Shown here piece after piece: positions 56,379 to 64,000 of a stretch of 64,000 nt of DNA. Under the pieces are notes generated by a model. It searched no databases. It worked only from the letters and a program-made list of their open reading frames with translations, and was not told the origin of the DNA. The stretch is taken from contig JANNVQ010000001.1 of NCBI GenBank assembly GCA_031414535.1, positions 1-64,000 on the forward strand, given 5' to 3'. Origin of the DNA: Gemmatimonas sp. (GTDB taxonomy: Bacteria > Gemmatimonadota > Gemmatimonadetes > Gemmatimonadales > Gemmatimonadaceae). The position numbers were made by a program, and so were the translations under genes. Every line of letters starts with the position of its first letter. Positions within the stretch are counted from its first letter, which is position 1.

Positions 56379-57371
56379 CTAGTGGCGGAGTAGGAATGAT
56401 ACGCCGTCCAACTGGCGCAGTACCGCTGGTGGCACGGCAATGCCGAGGTGCTGGAGGATTGACGGCGCGATGTCCACGATAGCCGCGTTACCACGCGTGA
56501 AGCGTTCGGTGAGCGCAGGGCGGTTCGTCACCATCCAAGTGGTACGCTCGCGATCGGACTGGCCACCGTGACCCTTTCCGGTCGCCGCATCGCGCCCATG
56601 ATCGGTGGTCACGACAATCATCCAGTCTTCGCCTTGGGCTTGCCGCCGCTGCACGGCCGTCCAGATACGGCCAATCATCGCGTCAGCCTTTTGCACGGCA
56701 TCGAAGAAGGGCTCGCCGTCACCGTTCGCGTGCCCAGCATCATCGGTGTGCTGCAGATACACCCACGTGAGATCTGGCCCTATAGCGGCGATGTGCGCTG
56801 CGGCCTCGGCGCTCACGCGCTCGTCAATGGCTAGGATGTAGGCCTTCGCGCGGTCGTGTGGGTATGCGATGGTGTCGAGCTCGAGGCCATCGGCGACATG
56901 GTCTATCTGGAAGTCACCAGCGCTCGGACGCCCGAGGCCGATAAGCACGGTGCGGTTGTCAGTCCACGTGGAGAACAGCGCCGTGCGGCGCGCGGGCTCA
57001 GCCGTCTCGACAATTCGAAAGAGATTCCAGTAGTCGTAGTTGGGCGACTGATTGCTGTTCCCGCGAACGTTGTGCTTGTTGCCCCACGTACCGGTGAGCA
57101 GACTCATGTAGCCGGGCGCGGAGATCGTGGGCGTCTGGGTCGGCCCACCGCGCTCACCGCCGACGTGCGCACGCGCGTAGCCGCCCGCAGCGGCAATTGC
57201 ATCGAGCGCCGGGGTGTGCACGCGCTCAATCACATCAGCCGGGATGCCATCGAGCAGGATGAATACCGCTTTCCGCGCCGGTTGCGCTTGAGCGACGAGC
57301 GGAGCATTGAGCGACGGGCCCGCTGCGACGAACAGCGTGATGGCGAGGAGAAGCTCAGGGCTGCGCATCAA
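56379..57371 (-). CDS. Alkaline-phosphatase-superfamily protein
   Basis: ILLDG, TISAPG, DDAGH, TTDHG..H. Confidence 0.85.
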   Translation of the reverse strand: MMRSPELLLAITLFVAAGPSLNAPLVAQAQPARKAVFILLDGIPADVIERVHTPALDAIAAAGGYARAHVGGERGGPTQTPTISAPGYMSLLTGTWGNKHNVRGNSNQSPNYDYWNLFRIVETAEPARRTALFSTWTDNRTVLIGLGRPSAGDFQIDHVADGLELDTIAYPHDRAKAYILAIDERVSAEAAAHIAAIGPDLTWVYLQHTDDAGHANGDGEPFFDAVQKADAMIGRIWTAVQRRQAQGEDWMIVVTTDHGRDAATGKGHGGQSDRERTTWMVTNRPALTERFTRGNAAIVDIAPSILQHLGIAVPPAVLRQLDGVSFLLRH

Positions 57372-58542
57372 TCAACTCGCGCACCTGGGCATAGAAGACT
57401 TCGCGCGCGGCAGGCTGGGGGCCAAGAGTCGCGCGCGGCCAATTAGAGTGGCTCGCGATGACGAGCTTGCGCGCCGGATCAATTAAAATCCCCTGCCCGA
57501 AGATGCCTTGCGCGGACACTGCGCCGTCGTCGTATGTCCACCACTGCAAGCCGTAGCCGCGGCCTGGCTCCCCAATGTCCTTGTGTTTGACGATGGCCTC
57601 GGCGAACCAAGTCTCCGGCACAATCTGCTTGCCGCCAACATTGCCGTTTGCGAGTACAAACAGGCCCAAGCGCGCGAGGTCGCGCGTGCCGGTCTGCATG
57701 CAGCAGCCAGCGATCTCGTGCCCCGTGCTGCCGAGAAGCCAAGTCGCTTCGGCTTCCATGCCAGCCGGATGCCAGATCTTCTCCTGCAAGTACTGCGAGA
57801 GGGACTTCCCTGTTGCCGACGACACCAGCACGCCAATCAGGTTGGTCTCGCCCGTGTTGTAGTTCCACACTTCGCCCGCGGGGTGCGCGCGCGGCAAGCG
57901 ACGTAGGTAACTGACCGTTGCGTCCACTCCATCGTCGGGCTTCGCATTGTTGAACTGCGCGACATCGGCATTGGGGTCCTCGTAATCCTCGTTCCAGCGC
58001 ACGCCGGAGCTCATCGTCAGCAATTGACGGATGGTGACTTGATCGTAGGCGGAGCCGCGCAGGTCGGGGATGTAGCGACTGACCGTGTCGTCGAGGCTCG
58101 TGATGGCGCCGTCTTGAATGGCCGCGCCAACGAGCGTGGACGTGAAGGACTTGGCCACCGAAAAACTCGTCCAGCGGCCACTGGCATCGAAGTCGAGCCC
58201 GTAGCGCTCGAAGCGAACCTTGCCGTCCTGAATGATGACCAGCCCGGCCGTCCGTTGGTCGGCCATGTACGCGTCAATGCCGGGAATCTCCAACGGCTCG
58301 CCCACGGGGAGCGGCGAGGGCGTTGGCGAGGGTGTGATGCGCGCAGCCTTTGCGAGCACCGGGAGGCGATCAAGCGCACGGAAGGCGGCATCACGCTGGC
58401 TTTGGGTCCAACTGAGGACGTCGCGGTCAGTCGGAACAGCCGCGAGCAGGCCGCGCGTCTCCTTGTCGAGACTGGCGAAGAGGAGTGCTCCGCCGAGTGC
58501 TATGGCGCTGACGGCGGCGATGGCGAGCGTACGAATGCGCAT
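57355..58542 (-). CDS. Serine hydrolase (beta-lactamase / NylB-like)
   Basis: SFSVAKS, LLTMSSG, YNT, G.FGQ; ATG at 58542. Confidence 0.9.
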   Translation of the reverse strand: MRIRTLAIAAVSAIALGGALLFASLDKETRGLLAAVPTDRDVLSWTQSQRDAAFRALDRLPVLAKAARITPSPTPSPLPVGEPLEIPGIDAYMADQRTAGLVIIQDGKVRFERYGLDFDASGRWTSFSVAKSFTSTLVGAAIQDGAITSLDDTVSRYIPDLRGSAYDQVTIRQLLTMSSGVRWNEDYEDPNADVAQFNNAKPDDGVDATVSYLRRLPRAHPAGEVWNYNTGETNLIGVLVSSATGKSLSQYLQEKIWHPAGMEAEATWLLGSTGHEIAGCCMQTGTRDLARLGLFVLANGNVGGKQIVPETWFAEAIVKHKDIGEPGRGYGLQWWTYDDGAVSAQGIFGQGILIDPARKLVIASHSNWPRATLGPQPAAREVFYAQVRELIDAQP

Positions 58543-58692
58543 GGTGGGGTCCAAGCGAGGAGGTCCTGTCAAGCGCCTTGGGCGGCGGCGCTCCTCCGGA
58601 TAATATGCGTCACTGAGCTCTCGCGGGTGTCCATATTTAGAGAGTGAGTTACACCCCCAGCATCGCCACCCAGTCGCGAGGAGATCTCGTTC

Positions 58693-59415
58693 GTGCTCGA
58701 CACCACCTTTGAGGATCGCCTCCGTACCACGCTGGCCCGTGTGGACATTCCCGAGACAATCGCAGCGTATCGCGCGCAGGGTGAGGCAATTTGGATTGCC
58801 AACCTGCTCGGCCCCGAGCTGATGAGCCCGCTGCTCAGTGAGATGGAGAGCGTGCGCGCGCTGGTGCACCGCAACTACGTACCGACGCAGAAGAAGGGCG
58901 GCAGTGTCAGTTACTTCCTGCTGCGCGAGCACGCACCGCAACTCGTGGCGCTGTACAAGCATCCCGCCCTCATTCGCCTGCTGGAACAGATCACAGGCGA
59001 GCAGCTCATGGTGTGCCCCGAGGATGATCCCCACGCCTGCGCCCTCTACTACTACACAGAGGAAGGCGACCACATTGGGTGGCACTACGACACGTCCTTC
59101 TACAAAGGCAAACGGTTCACCGTACTCATTGGCCTCGCGGACCGCTCCTCGAGCCGGCTACTGTGCCGCCTGAATACCAAGACGCCGGGACGTGAGCCCA
59201 CAGACTTGGCCCTCGCCACCTCGCCGGGCATGCTCGTCGCCTTCAATGGCGACACCCTCTGGCACGCCGTCTCGCCACTAGGCGCCGGTGAGGAGCGTAT
59301 CTCCCTGTCGCTGGAGTACGTCACCGATCAGAGCATGTCGCGGTGGGGACGCATGATCTCCAACGTGAAGGATGCCGTCGCCTATTTCGGGATTCGTGGG
59401 ATTCTGCGTCGCTAA
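58693..59415 (+). CDS. 2OG-Fe(II) oxygenase family protein
   Basis: GWHYD (HxD), distal H in WHAV, R.S 2OG-binding motif. Confidence 0.85.
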   Translation: MLDTTFEDRLRTTLARVDIPETIAAYRAQGEAIWIANLLGPELMSPLLSEMESVRALVHRNYVPTQKKGGSVSYFLLREHAPQLVALYKHPALIRLLEQITGEQLMVCPEDDPHACALYYYTEEGDHIGWHYDTSFYKGKRFTVLIGLADRSSSRLLCRLNTKTPGREPTDLALATSPGMLVAFNGDTLWHAVSPLGAGEERISLSLEYVTDQSMSRWGRMISNVKDAVAYFGIRGILRR

Positions 59416-59467
59416 CGCGGTCGCGGGGTTCGCCTATTTGCGCTGTTCCGTCACTAGTTTCCATAAG

Positions 59468-60136
59468 ATGTGGCGAATTCTCGCTCTCATCCCTTTCGCG
59501 CTCGGTGCCCAGCAGATCTCGAGGCCTCCGAGTCCGGCTCATGCAGAACTCGTGATCGTGCAGGCTGCCATCGCCGATGCGTTCATCGCGGCGGCCAGCG
59601 ATTCCGTTAACGGCCATATCGAGCGCGCCATTACGCACGCGAGGCGTGCCGTGGCCCTCGCGCCCCGCGACGCCGACGCGCACTACTGGCTGGCGGCTGC
59701 ACTGGGGCGGCGCGCGCTCCGTACTGAGTACCGCACGGCACTACGCGCTGCGACGGAGTCGTACCGCGAAGCCAATCAGGCCCTGCAGCTCGATTCATTG
59801 CACGCCGGTGCGCACGCCGTGGTCGGCCGGTTCAATGAAGAGCTATCGCGATTCTCGAGGCCCATGCGAATGGTCTTGTCAGCCGTGAGCGGCGAGGAAG
59901 ACCTGAAGCGCGTGTCCCTCGCGGTCGCGGAACGCCAGTATCGCAAGGCCATCACACTCGATCCGCGCGCCGTGCTGTTCCGTAACGACTACGGTCGCTT
60001 CTTGGTGGGTGTCGGCCGGCTCGCAGAAGCGGCCGAGCAGTCGCGGGTTGCGCGAACATTGCCGGACCGCATGCCGGCCGACCAATGGCTCCGCGATGAT
60101 CTTGCCGCGCGGATTGCTCGGGCAAGCGGCAAGTGA
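59468..60136 (+). CDS. Secreted TPR protein
   Basis: Signal peptide; P.DADAHYWLA and other TPR-like units. Confidence 0.75.
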   Translation: MWRILALIPFALGAQQISRPPSPAHAELVIVQAAIADAFIAAASDSVNGHIERAITHARRAVALAPRDADAHYWLAAALGRRALRTEYRTALRAATESYREANQALQLDSLHAGAHAVVGRFNEELSRFSRPMRMVLSAVSGEEDLKRVSLAVAERQYRKAITLDPRAVLFRNDYGRFLVGVGRLAEAAEQSRVARTLPDRMPADQWLRDDLAARIARASGK

Positions 60137-62136
60137 GCGAAGCCAGAGCGCGGGCTGTGTCCGCGTGGTTCTGGCAACTCGGCGCGGCGACGCTGCGCGG
60201 TGTTGCCATTGCCGGCCTGGTGCTCGGTACGGCCGTCGCGGCCTTACTCTCGGTGGACCGCATCAATCGGCCCGCGCCTGCCGCCGATCTCGGCATCGCC
60301 TCGGTAGATCGCAGCGCTCGGCATCGCCGACTGCTCATCTTGCACGTGGACAGTTGGCGCGACAGCAGCGCCCGCGACAGCACGCTGTTTCCCTTGACGG
60401 CGCAGCTACGTCGGCAGGGCGCATCGGGGACACTGCAGGGCGTGTACGAGGGGTTCACCATCCCAGCGGTGCGCGCCGCGTTCACCGGGGTTGCCGAGAC
60501 GCAGTTGGTGAATCTCCTCCAAAACTTCCACTTCACGGCGCTTCCGCTTTCGTCCGTCTTTCGCGATGCGCAGCGCGTTGGTCGCCGCACCCTGGTGGTG
60601 GCGCGTGAACCCTTCGTGCAGTTTGGGCCTGTACTGAAGATTCGCTACGACAGCATGCCTGGGCAGGACATGTACGCCACCGACGCTCTGCGACCGCAGA
60701 TTGCGCTCGATGCGTATGCCGAGGGGTATGATGTCGTGGTCTGTCAGTGGGAGACGTTCGACTGGGTCGCGCATGAAGATGGCGTGAGCACGTTGCGCTA
60801 TCGCGTCGCCGCGCGACAGGCCGATTCCGTCATCGCCGCCTTCGCCGCTGCGCGCGCGCCCGAAGACTACCTCTTGGTCTACGGCGACCATGGCCATACG
60901 TGGACCGGTGAGCACAAGACTGGGTACGACATTCCGGCCTTCGTGTTGCTGCTAGGGCCCGACGTGACTGCCGGCGCCGATATCGGCGAGCTCGCCATCA
61001 CCAACCTGCGGTACCTCGCCAGCCACGCACTCGGCATCACACTGCGGGGCGCACCCTACGATCTCGCGGCCATTCGGCGCGCTATTCCCATCCGCGGTGA
61101 GGCAACGGCTGGTGCGCTAACCGCGACGGACAACGCGACGGGTGCTGCGAATAACCAGCCGAGCGACAACGCTTCCACCGGACTGAGCGACCGCCCGATG
61201 GATTACGTGATTGCCCTCGTCGTCTTTCTTGCCGTTGCCGCCGTCGCTGCCCTCTGCCTCCGACTCCTCGCCACCCCGTCGTACGCAGTGAGCACGCTAC
61301 TGCCACCGCTACTCTTGCTCGCCGCAGCGATGCTCCTCACGCCAAGCATCCCACCCGTGGATGCTTGGCTTCGCCCCGCGGGAGAACTTTGGGTGGTAGT
61401 GCTGTACGCCGTGGCGGTGCTAGCGAAGCTCGTGCTCTTCCTGCGCCGAGCCGACGGGCGTTGGCTCGCGGCAATCATCGCGACCGCCGCCGTGGCGATG
61501 TCCGAGTTCTGGAATGTGGTATTCGATCAGCCGCTGGTGATGAGCGCGTTAATTCTCGCAGCACTCATCGCGTCGTTCGTCCCACGCCAAACGGCGCACA
61601 GGGACCTCGCACGCATCGCGCTCCTACAGCTTCTTGTGTATGCGACGCTCCGAGTGCCACTCTACCTCTTCGCGTGGCTGGACCTCGTACTGTTGGCCGC
61701 GTTTCTGATCGCGAAGCATCCACAACTCGTCGCACGACCGGCGCTGCGCGATGCACTCATCGTACTCACGGCCTATTCGTGCACAATTGGGTGGGTGCCG
61801 GGCGGACTGGAGTGGGGCTTCCTCTACAAAGTGTTTCCGGCGCACCTCGTGGAACTTGAAGTCCAGCGATTCCTTCCGTTGATTTTGGCCAAGATTCCGC
61901 TGGTCTTCGTGCTATTTCTCGTCGTGGCCCGTCGCAGGCCCGACCGCGCCCTCGCGCAGGTCGCGATGTTGATGGTGGCGCTGAGGCTCGCCGCGGTATG
62001 GACCTTGAGCCTGGCCGGCGCGCCGACGGTGCAACTGTGGCCCCTCGCGGAGCACGGGGCTTACCTCGCCACCTTCGTCGTGGCCGTGGTCGCTTGGGGA
62101 TGGCAGCTTCGCTCTGCCGCAAATCGTGTCGGTTAG
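60133..62136 (+). CDS. Membrane alkaline-phosphatase-superfamily transferase, PIG-O/PIG-G-like
   Basis: N-terminal TM; HVDSWR, FTIPAVRAAFTG, DWVAH, GDHGH...GEH; multi-TM C-terminus. Confidence 0.7.
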   Translation: MSEARARAVSAWFWQLGAATLRGVAIAGLVLGTAVAALLSVDRINRPAPAADLGIASVDRSARHRRLLILHVDSWRDSSARDSTLFPLTAQLRRQGASGTLQGVYEGFTIPAVRAAFTGVAETQLVNLLQNFHFTALPLSSVFRDAQRVGRRTLVVAREPFVQFGPVLKIRYDSMPGQDMYATDALRPQIALDAYAEGYDVVVCQWETFDWVAHEDGVSTLRYRVAARQADSVIAAFAAARAPEDYLLVYGDHGHTWTGEHKTGYDIPAFVLLLGPDVTAGADIGELAITNLRYLASHALGITLRGAPYDLAAIRRAIPIRGEATAGALTATDNATGAANNQPSDNASTGLSDRPMDYVIALVVFLAVAAVAALCLRLLATPSYAVSTLLPPLLLLAAAMLLTPSIPPVDAWLRPAGELWVVVLYAVAVLAKLVLFLRRADGRWLAAIIATAAVAMSEFWNVVFDQPLVMSALILAALIASFVPRQTAHRDLARIALLQLLVYATLRVPLYLFAWLDLVLLAAFLIAKHPQLVARPALRDALIVLTAYSCTIGWVPGGLEWGFLYKVFPAHLVELEVQRFLPLILAKIPLVFVLFLVVARRRPDRALAQVAMLMVALRLAAVWTLSLAGAPTVQLWPLAEHGAYLATFVVAVVAWGWQLRSAANRVG

Positions 62137-62143
62137 GACGCCG

Positions 62144-62887
62144 TCACTTCCCTGGCGCGGGTTCGGCGAGGAACATGTAGTTGATGCGATTGTTGTACTG
62201 GGCCATGAACTCCGCCTCAGTGAGCGGCGACTTCTTGTCGAGCCAGTCCTGCATCAACCACAAACGCATGCCGAGTTCGTCCGTCATGAAAGACCAGACG
62301 TATTCGGGCTTGGTGCCGTAGAACTCCGCTGAGCCCTGACCAAACTCGAATACGATGGTTGGCCGGCTGCGTCGAATAGTATGGACGCCGCCGCGCATGA
62401 CCATGAACTCGGCGCCTTCCACATCAATCTTGATGAAATCGATCTTGACGTCGGCGGGAATGGCATCGTCCATGCGGAGCACCTCAATGATCGTATCGCG
62501 CGTCTGGTCTTCGTTCACCGGATACTCGCGGCGTCTAAACCCGCTGCGCGCCGGCGCCTGAACCGCCAAGACGAAACTCATGGTCCCCGTTGAGTCTCCC
62601 AGTGCGCAATTGCAGATCTCGGCTTCAGGGAAGTCCTCTTCCAATTGCTGAAAAAAGTTTGGCTGCGGCTCAAAGGCAAAGGTTCGGCCGCGAGGAGCAA
62701 TCTTCATCAGGTCTTGCAGAATCTCGCCGATGTACGCGCCCACGTCGATGCTGGCGCTGGAGTCGTTCATTACGCGGCGCGCCACCTCGATTGTCTGACG
62801 GTTGTAGCGCGAGTCCATGCCTTCCTCGCAACCCTGCGTCACCACTAAGAGTCCAGCGATCAATGAGACGGAACGAAGATTCAGCAT
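62144..62887 (-). CDS. FkbM-family methyltransferase
   Basis: IDVGA.IG, AFEP, IKIDVEGAE. Confidence 0.92.
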   Translation of the reverse strand: MLNLRSVSLIAGLLVVTQGCEEGMDSRYNRQTIEVARRVMNDSSASIDVGAYIGEILQDLMKIAPRGRTFAFEPQPNFFQQLEEDFPEAEICNCALGDSTGTMSFVLAVQAPARSGFRRREYPVNEDQTRDTIIEVLRMDDAIPADVKIDFIKIDVEGAEFMVMRGGVHTIRRSRPTIVFEFGQGSAEFYGTKPEYVWSFMTDELGMRLWLMQDWLDKKSPLTEAEFMAQYNNRINYMFLAEPAPGK

Positions 62888-62983
62888 GAGTGATGAAGAA
62901 GTGTTTGTTGGGCCGCGCCTTCCACCTCAATCTTAATGGAATCCATCTTACCCATGCGCTCACCGTAGGGACGGGTCAGAGTC

Positions 62984-63838
62984 CTACACGCGTTCACCAC
63001 CAGCGATTGAACGAAGGGCATCGGTAACGATCCAGTGCCCACGGTTCACGAAATGCCACGCCGCGCCGAGCAACTGCGTCAACTGGAACCGAGGACTCCG
63101 CGCGCGCGCGCGAAAGCGCGCGCTGATGCGCGGCCAGTCCTGAGGCCCGACGAGCGGCCGTGCGCTACGCCAGAAGTTGCTCGCTTCTGTGGATACGGCA
63201 GGTGCGCTGAACCGGCTCATCACCAACGGCCCGGCAAGTGCGCCGTACATGCGCTCCATCGCGACCTCAGGCTCTGCAGGGCCGGGCAACCATGATCCGT
63301 AGAACGGGACTCGACTGAGGGGCAAGAGTTCCCGCTCCCGGAGGTGGCGACGCGGTTCGTGTGCATCGAAGTGCGCACCATCTGCCGCTGCCGTGCGCGT
63401 AAGTAATCCCAGTTCCGTCAGCCCAGCGTGAGCGAAGGGAACGAGCGTCGTCGGAAACGCAAAGAAGTATCCATGCTGACGCCGGAACCTGAGGGTGAAC
63501 CCGTGCGCGCGACAGACCGCAGCAAAGCGCGAATCAAGATCTTGCGTTGAAGCGTCGAGGAGGAAAGCGTCGGCGTCGTCATCCCAGGGCAGCAAGCCTT
63601 GCAGACGCAGCGCTCCGAGCAGCAGTCCTTTGTGCGCCACCGGGGTAAATCCGTGCTCCTCGAGCGCCGAGATGACGAAAAGCAGGCTATCGACGGCGTC
63701 GGTCGCGAACCACGACGGCATCATCAGGATGCGCGGTCGATTACTGGGACGTAGCTCCCTCAGCTTGCCGCGGAGCCCGGTCAGCATCAGTTGGCGCGGT
63801 CGAGCTTTGCGTTCACCCACACCCAGTGGTGCCTCCAT
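62984..63838 (-). CDS. LicD-family phosphotransferase (start uncertain)
   Basis: GLLLGALR..GLLPWDDDAD; F.G..LPGP..PE......YG. Confidence 0.82.
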   Translation of the reverse strand: MEAPLGVGERKARPRQLMLTGLRGKLRELRPSNRPRILMMPSWFATDAVDSLLFVISALEEHGFTPVAHKGLLLGALRLQGLLPWDDDADAFLLDASTQDLDSRFAAVCRAHGFTLRFRRQHGYFFAFPTTLVPFAHAGLTELGLLTRTAAADGAHFDAHEPRRHLRERELLPLSRVPFYGSWLPGPAEPEVAMERMYGALAGPLVMSRFSAPAVSTEASNFWRSARPLVGPQDWPRISARFRARARSPRFQLTQLLGAAWHFVNRGHWIVTDALRSIAGGERV

Positions 63839-64000
63839 CCCAACAGAATACGCCGCAGCGTGAGGATGTAGCGTGCGCCCAGCCAAACACCGAGGACCAT
63901 CGCCGCAGTCGTCGCCATCGACGAAGGAAGCAACCACAGCAGCCCAGCGCCAAGCACCGCGCTCCACGTTGGCTCAGGATGCCCGCCCGTGGTGGTGTGC

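Noticed and set aside
50694..58542. Antibiotic-resistance beta-lactamases
   Set aside because: SxxK serine hydrolases of this kind are commonly esterases or peptidases, and nothing here indicates resistance.
58693..59415. BesD-type halogenase
   Set aside because: It retains HxD rather than HxG/A, so a hydroxylase-type enzyme is more likely.

Overview
High-GC bacterial chromosome segment. The gene content (four BNR/VPS10-like secreted proteins, M28 peptidase, amidases, serine hydrolases) resembles Gemmatimonadota, but that assignment is inference. The main structure not visible in the ORF track lies in the first ~5.5 kb: a decaying integron-type gene-cassette array with seven attC-like sites (full, collapsed, half or core-mutated) and no integrase in the window. 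Its cargo is an atypical UDG-superfamily gene interrupted at its end by an IS30, a HEPN-motif fragment, DUF3303, a deletion-fused antitoxin/PIN remnant, and an inverted NemR-like/cupin module. Next come an ECF sigma/RskA-like anti-sigma pair with a split-DUF4331/TPR/HupE operon, several IS relics (IS481, IS30, IS3), a betaine-type ABC importer beside an egtD relic, and a PRC-barrel gene with a structured leader. A pseudogenised copy of a 2OG-Fe(II) oxygenase lies 28 kb from the intact gene. At the right end is a surface-modification cluster with a PIG-O/PIG-G-like phosphoethanolamine-transferase candidate, an FkbM methyltransferase and a LicD protein. No tRNA, rRNA or CRISPR array was seen. 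All family calls come from motif recognition by eye, not database searches.
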